DNA of 64,000 nucleotides from Chthonomonadales bacterium (GCA_037443035.1 JBBIPC010000020.1:1-64000), one strand, 5' to 3'; shown: positions 50,727 through 60,482, numbered from the stretch's first letter. Notes: generated by a model from the letters alone, not told the origin. Numbers and translations: made by a program.

Positions 50727-52262
50727 TCAAGCGTCGGCGTGCTTGCCTCGGACGTTCCGCTTGGGACGGCGATAGCGGAACCAGGGGCTGTTCAGGGCTG
50801 CCACGAACCGCTCGGCTTCCTTCGCGTACGGGTGAAATGGATTCCGCAAGGCGAGATGATGGCCGGGTTCGACGAAGACGCCGTCCCAGTCCACGGCATA
50901 GTTCAGATCGGCCTGGTCTAGCAGCTCGGCGACCACGACGCCACGGCCGTAGGCCCGTGTGTTCGGTGGAGGCTCCAGAATGGCTTTGCTTACGTCGAGT
51001 TCATCCGTAACGCGATACATGCGCTGGTCCTGCTCCAGGGCTGCATGCAAGCTCACAGCAGGGTTGATGTTGTGATACTCGAGGTCCAAGCTGTGGAGCA
51101 CGTCGTCTCGCCAGGAGACACCCTCCGACTCGATGAATAGCTCGTACATGACCCTCTTGGCCGACCAATCCAGCCGATCGGCTGTGGATAGAGGATCCCG
51201 CTCGAGGTCGTCCAAAACTCGTTCCCATTCGCGGAGCGTCCAGTCGGTGTCCTCGTCACGTCCGGCGAAGTACCGCTGAGCAGAGCGTAAGTAGCGCCGT
51301 TGCAGGTCCACAGCTCCTATCGTACGCCCATCGTGGAGGGTCACCGTCCAGCGGTACGAAGGATCGCGCGAGACATGCCGGAGTGCCATCAGGGGGTCGC
51401 GAACTTGGAGTCCGTCGGGCGCAAGGTGATGCTCCAGGAGGTCGAGCACAACCGCGGTCGTGCCGACCTTCAGCATGGCTGCATATTCGCTCTGGTTCGA
51501 TTCCCCGAACAGCAGATGCAAACGATACATACCGTTGTAGGCATAGAGGTCGTCCCACTTGGGGTTGATGATCGCACGGTTGAACCGAACCCTGGAAGAC
51601 ACCGTGCGGACGATGTGATCGGCCCGTTGCGACAACTGAAACTCCACCGTCGGGTCTATCTCGACGCCGTAGAAGTTACTGACCCAGACGTAATCCACTT
51701 CGTGTTCACCGATAGAGAGTACGTTGGAGCGACTGTCTGGTCGAGTGAGACGGTGCCCACCGACCCGTCCCACACCCGCGAAGATCTGGCGCGTCACCAA
51801 GAAGGGCAAGAGACCTTCCACCATCTTCACGAGGCTGTCTTCCTCGACGCGCACGAGGTAATTCTCATGACATCCGAAGGTGTGACCGCCGAAGTGGTCT
51901 ACGGAGTTGTTGTGGAAGCTCGCGCCGTCCTGAATCTCGAGGTCCTCCAGCAAGGACTGAAGAAGCGCCCGTCCCGCTCGGTCATAGGTGATGAGCTGAC
52001 GCAGTGAAGTGCATTCCGGCGTTGCATACTCCTCGTGGCTGCCCACGGCGTCAATGTAGAGCCGTCCGCCGTTCACGAGGAATCCTCCGGCCCCGGCTGG
52101 CTCGAAGGCGAAGTCCCGGTTGTGCAGGTCGAGGAGCCCCAGGCGCCTCTGTTGGAATGCGGCGTTCTTGACGCGCTCCACCACGTCCTCGGGGTCGCCC
52201 AGCGCAGGGTCTCGGACGAAGCACCCGAACTCAGTCTCCAAGCCGAAGATGTGCGTCTCCAT
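50727..52262 (-). CDS. pafA: PafA-family ligase (probable UBact-protein ligase)
   Basis: FGLETEFG, NGGRLYIDAVGSHEEYATPEC, GCHENYL, SQRADH, LDLEYH and VDWD; no Dop loop. Confidence 0.88.
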   Translation of the reverse strand: METHIFGLETEFGCFVRDPALGDPEDVVERVKNAAFQQRRLGLLDLHNRDFAFEPAGAGGFLVNGGRLYIDAVGSHEEYATPECTSLRQLITYDRAGRALLQSLLEDLEIQDGASFHNNSVDHFGGHTFGCHENYLVRVEEDSLVKMVEGLLPFLVTRQIFAGVGRVGGHRLTRPDSRSNVLSIGEHEVDYVWVSNFYGVEIDPTVEFQLSQRADHIVRTVSSRVRFNRAIINPKWDDLYAYNGMYRLHLLFGESNQSEYAAMLKVGTTAVVLDLLEHHLAPDGLQVRDPLMALRHVSRDPSYRWTVTLHDGRTIGAVDLQRRYLRSAQRYFAGRDEDTDWTLREWERVLDDLERDPLSTADRLDWSAKRVMYELFIESEGVSWRDDVLHSLDLEYHNINPAVSLHAALEQDQRMYRVTDELDVSKAILEPPPNTRAYGRGVVVAELLDQADLNYAVDWDGVFVEPGHHLALRNPFHPYAKEAERFVAALNSPWFRYRRPKRNVRGKHADA

Positions 52263-52271
52263 CGTAGGAAA

Positions 52272-53069
52272 TCAGCGCGTCGCAGGAGGAGGCGATGTGT
52301 AAGGGGCCACGAGTGGTTCGGTCTCCGAAGCCGCGTACAGCCTGAAGCGTGCTTCTCGCGTGGAGAGACGGTCGAGGATGCCAACCTCTACGCGCGCATG
52401 CGCCAGTTCTTCGCGAAGCGTTTGCGCCAGACGGGCGGAGCTTGTATCCACCGCCGACGTCTCCTCCTCGTCACGATCGCGCTCCGCTTGAACGATGTAT
52501 CCCAGTGCCCAGGCCTCTAGGACCTTGGGAAGGGCATCGGCGATTGTTGGAGCTGCTCCCAGCTCTTCGAGGGAATTGCGAACCGCTTCTTCGGCGCGTC
52601 TCGTACCTGCCACCGCAGCCGCCCCGCTGTGAGCGGAAAACTCGCCGTCGTAGTTGAGCACGTAGAACACATCTTGATCCGGGGTGTCTCCGAGTTCCCC
52701 AAAGAGCGCGCGAATGACAGACGGCGCGCGAAATTGATCCCGGAAGACCTCCTTCAGAGCGGGGCTAAGGGCGAAGCCGACAAGCCTCTGTACCGTTACG
52801 TCGTCTGGACTGCGTTCGTAACCCTCACGGGCGGCAAGGTCCACAGCTGCCAGACGCACGGCCTCGATGTCCGACTGGTTCCCAATGGCCGAGTAGATCA
52901 AGCGGTCATAGATCTCGAAGACCTTGCGCTGGGTTCTGCGAACTGTCAGAACCGCCAGCGCCTCCTGGCAGCTAACGGCGATGACCGGACTGCCATAGCG
53001 AAGGCCTTCTTCGGCGTGTTCCCGCCTCTGATGGATGGCCTCGTTGAAATCGAAAGGTGTGAATGCCAT
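52272..53069 (-). CDS. prcA: 20S proteasome alpha subunit
   Basis: RKVFEIYDRLIYSAIG and SPDDVT; lies between prcB and pafA. Confidence 0.9.
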   Translation of the reverse strand: MAFTPFDFNEAIHQRREHAEEGLRYGSPVIAVSCQEALAVLTVRRTQRKVFEIYDRLIYSAIGNQSDIEAVRLAAVDLAAREGYERSPDDVTVQRLVGFALSPALKEVFRDQFRAPSVIRALFGELGDTPDQDVFYVLNYDGEFSAHSGAAAVAGTRRAEEAVRNSLEELGAAPTIADALPKVLEAWALGYIVQAERDRDEEETSAVDTSSARLAQTLREELAHARVEVGILDRLSTREARFRLYAASETEPLVAPYTSPPPATR

Positions 53070-53072
53070 GGC

Positions 53073-53861
53073 TTAGCGCTCCCGTCCGGCGATCTCCCGC
53101 GTCAGGGAGGAAAGCTCTTCCTCGGGGACATCCTCTATACCGGACGCACTGATACACCGCGCCAGCGGCAGCACTTTGGACCAGCCGCCCGTGGCGGCGT
53201 CAAGATCCGCGGCGATGTCCAGCAGCAATAACGCCTCGCGCAGTGCCTCCTGCCGCGGCATCTTGTGGAAGGGACCACGGGTCTTCACGATGTAGTCGAA
53301 CACACCGCGAATCTGCAGCGAGCCGGAGCCTGCGGCAGCGAACTCCGTGCTCTCAAAGCGCGCCCCCATGGCATCGTAGAAGAAGATGCGTCCTTCACCG
53401 GCCTTGAGGTCGAAGGTGCTGAGGACTGGCAGAAAGCCTCCGATCCCCTGCAAGGCGGCAGGAAGACTCGCCGCCACGACCTTCGCGACCTCGGCGACCT
53501 TGCCAGATAGACTCATGGGTTGGAGCTGCGAGCGTTCGAAGTACCGGAAGGTATGGCGCAGATACCGGACGACCTCCATGGCACGCGCGTAGGATCCGGA
53601 GATAGCCAGCAGTGTGTAGTCGTCGATGGGCAGGACCTTCTCGGCGCGGTCGTACATCACCGCGAAGTTCGCTGTAGCACGGCGATCTCCGACGTTGATG
53701 ACGCCGCCGTCATACTTCACGGCGATGACCGTCGTGCCGCGTGTCTCCACCACACTCTGCCGACGATCGTCTATTCGAGCAAGGTCCGCGGGCAGTCGGG
53801 GTAGGGGGATTGCCTCACGCTCGCCGACGATGGCAGTTCGCAAGTCCAAATGTTTCACCAC
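53073..53861 (-). CDS. prcB: 20S proteasome beta subunit with 42 aa propeptide
   Basis: TRG|TTVIAV...GDRRAT...EK gives Thr1, Asp17 and Lys33 in mature numbering; GSGS motif present. Confidence 0.93.
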   Translation of the reverse strand: MVKHLDLRTAIVGEREAIPLPRLPADLARIDDRRQSVVETRGTTVIAVKYDGGVINVGDRRATANFAVMYDRAEKVLPIDDYTLLAISGSYARAMEVVRYLRHTFRYFERSQLQPMSLSGKVAEVAKVVAASLPAALQGIGGFLPVLSTFDLKAGEGRIFFYDAMGARFESTEFAAAGSGSLQIRGVFDYIVKTRGPFHKMPRQEALREALLLLDIAADLDAATGGWSKVLPLARCISASGIEDVPEEELSSLTREIAGRER

Positions 53862-54041
53862 TCACTGACCGCTGCGCTGCCGATAGCGGCGCGCAGCATC
53901 GGGATCCACTTGCTTCATGCGCCGCAGCAGCTCGTTGGTCTCAGGACGTCGTATATTCGGCTTCGTTGGACCTGCGCCCTCCTTCTGTGGAGGTGTCCCG
54001 GGCACAGGTCGAGTGATGCGTTCTTCTGCACGCACAGTCAT
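53862..54041 (-). CDS. ubact: Prokaryotic ubiquitin-like protein UBact (59 aa, not in the ORF track)
   Basis: Translates to MTVRAEERITRPVPGTPPQKEGAGPTKPNIRRPETNELLRRMKQVDPDAARRYRQRSGQ. GAGGAGG SD; ATGA overlap with the dop stop; its stop abuts the prcB start. Confidence 0.92.
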   Translation of the reverse strand: MTVRAEERITRPVPGTPPQKEGAGPTKPNIRRPETNELLRRMKQVDPDAARRYRQRSGQ

Positions 54042-55603
54042 TTTCGTTCCTCCTCATGCTGCGGCTGGGTGCAAGCCAACAGCGGAGCTGGCGCGTACTG
54101 CCGCAGCACCGCAACGGTTTCATCCATTGTCTTGGCCGATGCGAGTCGGGCGTTCCATGGCGCCAAGTGCCCATCAACGAGGGCGTTCATGTCGAAGAGC
54201 CATTCATCGCCGCCGTAGCGGAAAGCGATCGTATTCCAGCCAATGGCAGTAACCGCTTCAGCATGGTGGCGCACGCAGTGACCCCGAATGAACGCGCGGG
54301 TGTCAGCCGGCGGCTCCGACGCGGCCCGGCGCACCTGCGCATCGGACACGAGGCATCGCATGGATCCCTCGACGTCACGCAGAGCTGCGAACAGGCTGGT
54401 CTCAGGATTGACATCATGGTAGGCCAACTCGACGCTTCGCAGTTCATCCAACGCTGGCGTGTGCCGACAGGAGGCTGCGTACTCGCGAAGGACGCGTCGC
54501 TTGGCGACCCAGTCTACGCGATCGGATGTTCGCTCGGGATCGTCGGCAAGGTCCGCGAGAACCTGGCTCCATTCCGCAAGCACCCACTCACGATCGGGTA
54601 GAGCGGAGCCATAGTCCGCAGCCGCCTCGAGAAAGACGTGCTGGATAGCAAGGGGGCTCCAATCGGAGACAGATCCTGTGCGGCGATCCCGGACGGGCAC
54701 GGCCGTGCGGAGATCTGGGTCGGACGCAACGGCATGTACGGCAGCCACGGCGTCCACTAGCTCGATGTGCGGTACCCATCCCCCCTCCAACAGATCGAGC
54801 ACGAGGGCGAGGGTGCCAACCTTCATGGCCGTGGCCCATTCACTCATGTTCGCATCGCCGGTGATGACATGCAGGCGGCGATAGTCACGCGCGCATGCAT
54901 GCGGCTCATCCCTAGTGTTCACGAGCGGGCGCCGGTACTGCGTATCCACGCTGGCCACGACATCCACGTATTCTGCGCGTTGGGAAACCTGGTAGCAGGT
55001 CGCTTCGCACGGCTGGAGATCACGTCCCACCTTGCCGGCTCCGGCGAAAACCTGGCGGGTGGCAAGGAACGAGGAGAGGGCACCGATCAGCACTTCAGGG
55101 GCCACGCTCCGGCGCAGGAGGTAAGATTCGTGGGTTCCGTAACAAGCACCGTGATAGTCGGTGTTGTTCTTGTACACACGTACCGATCTGCCGGTAGTCG
55201 CGGCATACAGCCGTGCACAATCGGAGACTATCTGCTCCCCAGCCCGATCATGTGCAACCAGACTACGCAAGTCGGTGCACTCAGGAGTGCTGTACTCCGG
55301 GTGACCGTGGTCGTTGTATAGCCGCGCACCGTTGCCGAGTACCCGATCGCTGTGTTCCTCAGCGAGCGATCCGAAACGCGGCGCGCATATGTCGAACGCG
55401 GCGTCGCCCGGGTCCCGCTGCAGGTGCTCTACCCGGAAACCACGCCAGTCCCTGCGCGGATCTTCGCCGGTGTAGTTCCATGCGGTGACGCTCGGGCCGT
55501 CGTACGCCTGCACGACTGCTCTGGCCTCTGCCACAAGCTGGCCGGGAGCGACCCCTTCCATGTGGAGGCCGTATTCCGTTTCGATGCCAAGCAGTCGCGT
55601 CAT
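54038..55603 (-). CDS. dop: Dop-family deamidase/deconjugase
   Basis: LGIETEYG, Dop loop WNYTGEDPRRDWRGF, YNDHGHPEYSTPEC, KNNTD, NTRDEPHA and RRLHVI. Confidence 0.9.
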   Translation of the reverse strand: MTRLLGIETEYGLHMEGVAPGQLVAEARAVVQAYDGPSVTAWNYTGEDPRRDWRGFRVEHLQRDPGDAAFDICAPRFGSLAEEHSDRVLGNGARLYNDHGHPEYSTPECTDLRSLVAHDRAGEQIVSDCARLYAATTGRSVRVYKNNTDYHGACYGTHESYLLRRSVAPEVLIGALSSFLATRQVFAGAGKVGRDLQPCEATCYQVSQRAEYVDVVASVDTQYRRPLVNTRDEPHACARDYRRLHVITGDANMSEWATAMKVGTLALVLDLLEGGWVPHIELVDAVAAVHAVASDPDLRTAVPVRDRRTGSVSDWSPLAIQHVFLEAAADYGSALPDREWVLAEWSQVLADLADDPERTSDRVDWVAKRRVLREYAASCRHTPALDELRSVELAYHDVNPETSLFAALRDVEGSMRCLVSDAQVRRAASEPPADTRAFIRGHCVRHHAEAVTAIGWNTIAFRYGGDEWLFDMNALVDGHLAPWNARLASAKTMDETVAVLRQYAPAPLLACTQPQHEEERK

Positions 55604-55645
55604 GAGCGGTAATGGTCCGTGACGAACGACGTTACCGTCGCGCAG

Positions 55646-57361
55646 TCAGATAATGTCCCGAGCTATGCTGGGACGCGAGCGTTCCGCCTTGATGGGTCGA
55701 ACTGTCGCCACGTTCTCCGGCTCGTAGTCTAGTAGCTTCAGCCAGTCCTCCTGCGCATCGCTCTTAGGGAAGATTTCGTTCTCCTTATACTCCACTCGCA
55801 CGGCCTCTCGCAGGTCTTCGATGGTTACGCCGCCGTCGTCGTTGCCACGAGCGATGCAGCGGTGTATAGCCAGGTCCTTGGCTCGCTCCACCACGGACCG
55901 GATGAGGGCACCGCTGACCAGATCGCGCCAATAGAGTGTTTCGACTCCGCCGTTGCGGAGAAAGACTTCGAGGAAGCTAGTCTCGGAATCGCGACGCCAG
56001 AGAAACTCGACGGCGAGGTCCAAGAGCTCTTCGCGAGCGGAAGCCGCATCGCCCTTGTGCTGACGCACGAGATCGGGGTCTATGGGAATGCCTGCATGGA
56101 GATAGATACCGAAGATGTCTCGGCTAGCCTTGCGATCGGGCCTGTCCACTTTGACCTTCCGGTCTATACGCTCGGGACGCAGTATCGCCGGGTCAATGTA
56201 ATCAGGTCTGTTGGAGGTGATCATGACGACCACATTGTCCAGGCTAACCAAGCCATCCATTTCCGCGCAGAACTGCGGGACGACTGTGTTGGAGATGTTC
56301 AGCCAGCGGCCGGATGTTCGGGTGCGGAGAAGCGATTCCGCTTCGTCGACAAAGAGAAACACAAGATGGCCGTCGCGAGCCTTGGCCCGAGCCGTTGCGA
56401 AGATCTCGCGTATCATCCGCTCCGTCTCTCCGAGCCACATGTTCAGGATCTTTGGCCCGCTGATGTACATGAAGTACTCGCGGACGTCCGTCTGAGTGAA
56501 CTCGCGATACGCCCGTGTGAGATTGTAGGCGGTGGCCTTACCGATGAGCGTCTTGCCACAGCCGGGCGGGCCATACAGCAGTATCCCCTTGAGAGGACGC
56601 TTCTCGAATCTTGCGTACAGCTCGGGGTGGAGCATGGGGAGCTGAATAGCATCGGTGATCACCTGAATGACGTGATCCTGACCACCGATCTGACTCCACT
56701 CGATCGGCGGGACTTCTTCCAGGAAGTAGTCCTGGATGTCCTTGGTCGGGAAGTGCTCGATGGCTACCTTCATGTTCGGCTCGAGACGCACGTCATCGCC
56801 TGCCTTCAGCGGCACGCTACGAAGGTCCGTGGAGCGTAGAACGACGCGCGACTGGAGTCCCTGAGCATCTTGAGCAACCCGCAAGAGGTCGTCCCCGACA
56901 ACCTCACTCACCTTCGCCAGAGAACCTCCCGGGTGATAGCCAAGGTCGCCGACTATGGCAAACGCGTCGTTGACCTTCACGCGGGTGCCGACTTTGGGAT
57001 TCGTGCTGGCGACTTCCGGAGCGACGCCAGCCACATACTCCTGGTCGCCAATGGCGATAAGCGCTGTCTCTTGGTCGATGGCGCCTAGGTATACGGCGAG
57101 GCGGTTGGCCGGCGACGTCAGCCGCTTCACCGTCTCGTCGTACTCGGCTTTCAGCCGTGCGGATTGCTCCAGCTCCTTGCCCTGAATCTCCATTGCCTGA
57201 CGCAGCGTCATGAGCCGATGCAATCGAGGATCGGTGCGGGGCGTATCGCGTATGAGCTCGTTCAGAATCTTCGTGGCGTAGCGATGGAGACGAAGACCCT
57301 TGTTGGCATCCTGGGTGCTATCGCTGTCATCCGTGAAGGACTGGGTATCGGTTTCGTCCAT
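55646..57361 (-). CDS. arc: Proteasomal AAA+ ATPase (ARC/Mpa family)
   Basis: N-terminal coiled coil and OB-like region, GPPGCGKT, FVDEAES, SNRPDYIDPAILRP and ENEIFP. Confidence 0.92.
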   Translation of the reverse strand: MDETDTQSFTDDSDSTQDANKGLRLHRYATKILNELIRDTPRTDPRLHRLMTLRQAMEIQGKELEQSARLKAEYDETVKRLTSPANRLAVYLGAIDQETALIAIGDQEYVAGVAPEVASTNPKVGTRVKVNDAFAIVGDLGYHPGGSLAKVSEVVGDDLLRVAQDAQGLQSRVVLRSTDLRSVPLKAGDDVRLEPNMKVAIEHFPTKDIQDYFLEEVPPIEWSQIGGQDHVIQVITDAIQLPMLHPELYARFEKRPLKGILLYGPPGCGKTLIGKATAYNLTRAYREFTQTDVREYFMYISGPKILNMWLGETERMIREIFATARAKARDGHLVFLFVDEAESLLRTRTSGRWLNISNTVVPQFCAEMDGLVSLDNVVVMITSNRPDYIDPAILRPERIDRKVKVDRPDRKASRDIFGIYLHAGIPIDPDLVRQHKGDAASAREELLDLAVEFLWRRDSETSFLEVFLRNGGVETLYWRDLVSGALIRSVVERAKDLAIHRCIARGNDDGGVTIEDLREAVRVEYKENEIFPKSDAQEDWLKLLDYEPENVATVRPIKAERSRPSIARDII

Positions 57362-57536
57362 GATTGGGGATCCTCTAAGGTCCCATGCGGGCACGCGCCA
57401 CCTTCCGTCGGTCACGCGTCTCACACCGGCGACCAGCAAGTGCCCAGCACGGTACAACCGTATCTACGCAGGCGGATGGGGCGCTGGTTTCCTACGCCTG
57501 AGTGGGTAGCCGACGACCAGCGGAAACGGAGTGTCG

Positions 57537-58433
57537 CTACCAGCCTCGCACGGCCATGCGTTCGGTTTCCTCCAGCTTCCGAACGTCAATCGAGAACATG
57601 GCCTCTCCGAGACCTTCGGACACTTCGGCCACTACCTCCGGTCGGTCGAAGTAGGTACAGGCAGTGACAATAGCCTTGGCCCGCGCGGCCGGGTCGGAGG
57701 ACTTGAAGATGCCGGAGCCAACGAAAATGGCCTCTGCACCGAGCTGTCGCATGAGTGCCGCGTCCGCCGGCGTAGCGATTCCGCCGGCGCTGAAGTTGGG
57801 CACAGGCAGGCGACCTGTCTCATGCACCTGCACGACCAGATCGTATGGCGCTCCGAGCTGCTTCGCAGCAGCCATCAGTTCTTCTTCGGGCATGGACTGG
57901 AGACGCCGGATGCCGCCCATGACCGCGCGCATATGCCGCACCGCCTCCACAACGTTGCCAGTGCCAGCTTCGCCCTTAGTACGTATCATGGCTGCTCCCT
58001 CCCCGATGCGCCGGAGCGCTTCTCCGAGATCGCGGCAGCCACAGACGAAAGGCACCTTGAAAGCGTGCTTGTTGATGTGGTGTTCTTCATCGGCTGGTGT
58101 GAGCACCTCGCTCTCGTCAATGAAGTCCACCCCGATGGCTTCGAGGACCTGGGCTTCGGCGAAGTGCCCAATGCGGCACTTAGCCATGACTGGGATCGTC
58201 ACGGCGCTCATGATCTCTTTGATGAGCTTGGGATCGGACATGCGCGCCACGCCGCCGGTTGCTCTGATATCCGCCGGAACGCGCTCGAGCGCCATGACAG
58301 CAACCGCGCCCGCCTGCTCAGCGATGATGGCATGCTCGGGCGTGACAACGTCCATGATGACGCCACCCTTGAGCATCTCTGCCAGGCCGACCTTATTGAG
58401 CCAGGTGGATTTCTCGGCCGTATTCTCGCTCAT
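57537..58433 (-). CDS. pdxS: Pyridoxal 5'-phosphate synthase lyase subunit
   Basis: [30 protein letters not shown] and [11 protein letters not shown]. Confidence 0.98.
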   Translation of the reverse strand: MSENTAEKSTWLNKVGLAEMLKGGVIMDVVTPEHAIIAEQAGAVAVMALERVPADIRATGGVARMSDPKLIKEIMSAVTIPVMAKCRIGHFAEAQVLEAIGVDFIDESEVLTPADEEHHINKHAFKVPFVCGCRDLGEALRRIGEGAAMIRTKGEAGTGNVVEAVRHMRAVMGGIRRLQSMPEEELMAAAKQLGAPYDLVVQVHETGRLPVPNFSAGGIATPADAALMRQLGAEAIFVGSGIFKSSDPAARAKAIVTACTYFDRPEVVAEVSEGLGEAMFSIDVRKLEETERMAVRGW

Positions 58434-58590
58434 GGAATGCTCCCTCCTGCGTGGGGCGGATGTAACGAGGATATTCTACCCGACAACCGGGCACCCAGCC
58501 TCCAGCCGGGTGTGCAGGAAGACTGCGTGCTCATGGGTGTGCGAACCGTGCTCGCGGCAATCGGGTAGTGGCCTGAGCTGAGGAGCTACG

Positions 58591-59343
58591 TCAGAAGCGC
58601 AGCCCCTTCAGATCGGTGCGGAAGGTGAACGGCTTTCCGCACATGGAATCCCATCGGGCATGCTCCTCTCGGCTCAGCACGGCCAGGATCTGCCGTTCCG
58701 CTTCCTTCTTTGCTTTCTCCAGCTTCTTTCGCGCTGGCGAGAAGGGCTTATCCAGTTCGCTTGTATCCAGTCGAACAGCGACCATGCGGCGAGTGCCGTC
58801 CGGCGATGCATCCTCACGAGTCTGCGACAGGGAGGCGAGAACCTCGCTCTTCACTGCGGCGTACCCTGCAGCAATCCGCGCGATCTCTGCTCGGTGCTCT
58901 GCGCTCAGTTCTGCCTGCTGGGCTACTTCAGGCTCTGCGAGGGCAAGAGGCCCCTGCCATTGCAAGCGGATCTGCTGAAGGCGCTCCCATTGCTCGGGTC
59001 TAAGGATCGCCTTGATCCTGGCCTCGCCTCCGTCCAGTTGCTGACGAATCTGTTCTTCGGCCTGCTGCTGGGCATTCCGTCCTGAATCGCTGGCATCTCC
59101 CCGAACGGCTACAGACACACGAAGCTGCGAAGGCTCCGCCAATAACGCCTGCAACTCGTTCCGCTGGCGAAGGTCCAGTTGGATGCCATTCTGCACGTCG
59201 GGACGCTTCAACAGTGCCGTCAGACTCATCTTGCCGATCCCGACAGACGGCGCTACGAACCGAAACGCTTGACCCTCGACCTGCGCGAACGCGCTCCAGC
59301 TCGCCATGAGCGACGCGGCCATGAGTACGCATAGTCGGTACAT
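58591..59343 (-). CDS. Secreted helical hypothetical protein (Spy/CpxP-like repeats)
   Basis: Signal peptide; repeated ILRPEQWERL / VLSREEHARW and LLKRPDVQ / LAEPEVAQ segments. Confidence 0.6.
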   Translation of the reverse strand: MYRLCVLMAASLMASWSAFAQVEGQAFRFVAPSVGIGKMSLTALLKRPDVQNGIQLDLRQRNELQALLAEPSQLRVSVAVRGDASDSGRNAQQQAEEQIRQQLDGGEARIKAILRPEQWERLQQIRLQWQGPLALAEPEVAQQAELSAEHRAEIARIAAGYAAVKSEVLASLSQTREDASPDGTRRMVAVRLDTSELDKPFSPARKKLEKAKKEAERQILAVLSREEHARWDSMCGKPFTFRTDLKGLRF

Positions 59344-59411
59344 TGCTGCACACCTCTTGGGGCTGTCTGTTCACGCCCTGCAGTGATTGGACGAATGCCA
59401 CGAGCGATGGG

Positions 59412-60482
59412 TTACCTATGCATGGCCTCGATGATCGCGTCAGCCATTTCCTTCGTTCCGACGGCCGTGCAATCGTTTCGGTCTTCCTTCATGTCGTAGG
59501 TCACATGACGCCCCTCGGCTATCACAGTGGCTACCGCCCGCTCCACGAGATCTGCGGCCTCACGCTCACCAAGATGCCGTAGCATGAGCACGCCAGATAG
59601 GATGAGGGCGGTGGGGTTCGCCTTGTTCATGCCAGTGTATTTCGGTGCTGAGCCGTGGGTGGGTTCGAACAGGGCAGCTTCAGCGCCAATGTTGGCGCCA
59701 GGTGCTACGCCCAAGCCGCCAACGAGGCCTGCGCAGAGATCCGACAGGATGTCGCCGTACAGATTCGGCAGCACCATGACGTCGAAGCGTTGCGGATTCT
59801 GAACGAGTTGCATGCACGCAGCGTCCACCAATACTTCGTTGTACTGGATGTCCGGGTACTCTCGCGCGACGTCAGAACAAACACGGTAGAAAAGGCCATC
59901 GGTGAACTTCATGATGTTTGCTTTCGCAACGGCGGTCACGCGTTTACGGTTGTTAGCACGCGCGTACTCGAAGGCGAAACGGGCGATGCGTTCGGTACGG
60001 GAAGGGGAGATGGGCTTGATGCTGATTGCTGCATCAGGGGCGATCCGACCGGCACCCATGGCGATGATCTCCTGCGCTTCCGGTGTGCCGGCATCGAATT
60101 CGACTCCTGCGTAGAGGTCCTCTGTGTTCTCGCGAACGATGACGATGTCCACCGCGTCATAGTGCGATCGGACTCCTGGATAGAGCTTGCACGGCCGCAG
60201 ACATGCATAGAGGTCTAGTTCCTTGCGCAACGCCACATTCACGGACCGAAAGCCCGTACCTATCGGGGTCGTAATCGGGCCCTTGACGGCCACGCGGTTG
60301 CGTCGAATGCTGTCGAGCACACGCTGCGGCAGTGGCGTGCCCTCCCTTTCCATGGGGCCGGCACCGGCCTCCTGGACATCCCAGTCGAACTCGACACCCG
60401 ACGCCTCCCAGACGCGCCTAGCTGCCTCCATCAGCTCGGGACCGATACCGTCACCAGGAATCATAGTTACGCGGTGTGCCAT
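59412..60482 (-). CDS. icd: Isocitrate/isopropylmalate dehydrogenase family, probably isocitrate dehydrogenase
   Basis: [44 protein letters not shown] and EPTHGSAP. Confidence 0.8.
   Translation of the reverse strand: MAHRVTMIPGDGIGPELMEAARRVWEASGVEFDWDVQEAGAGPMEREGTPLPQRVLDSIRRNRVAVKGPITTPIGTGFRSVNVALRKELDLYACLRPCKLYPGVRSHYDAVDIVIVRENTEDLYAGVEFDAGTPEAQEIIAMGAGRIAPDAAISIKPISPSRTERIARFAFEYARANNRKRVTAVAKANIMKFTDGLFYRVCSDVAREYPDIQYNEVLVDAACMQLVQNPQRFDVMVLPNLYGDILSDLCAGLVGGLGVAPGANIGAEAALFEPTHGSAPKYTGMNKANPTALILSGVLMLRHLGEREAADLVERAVATVIAEGRHVTYDMKEDRNDCTAVGTKEMADAIIEAMHR

Noticed and set aside
53862..54041. Calling the small ORF canonical Pup
   Set aside because: It lacks the acidic DDLLDEID core and the GG[QE] end; RSGQ fits UBact.
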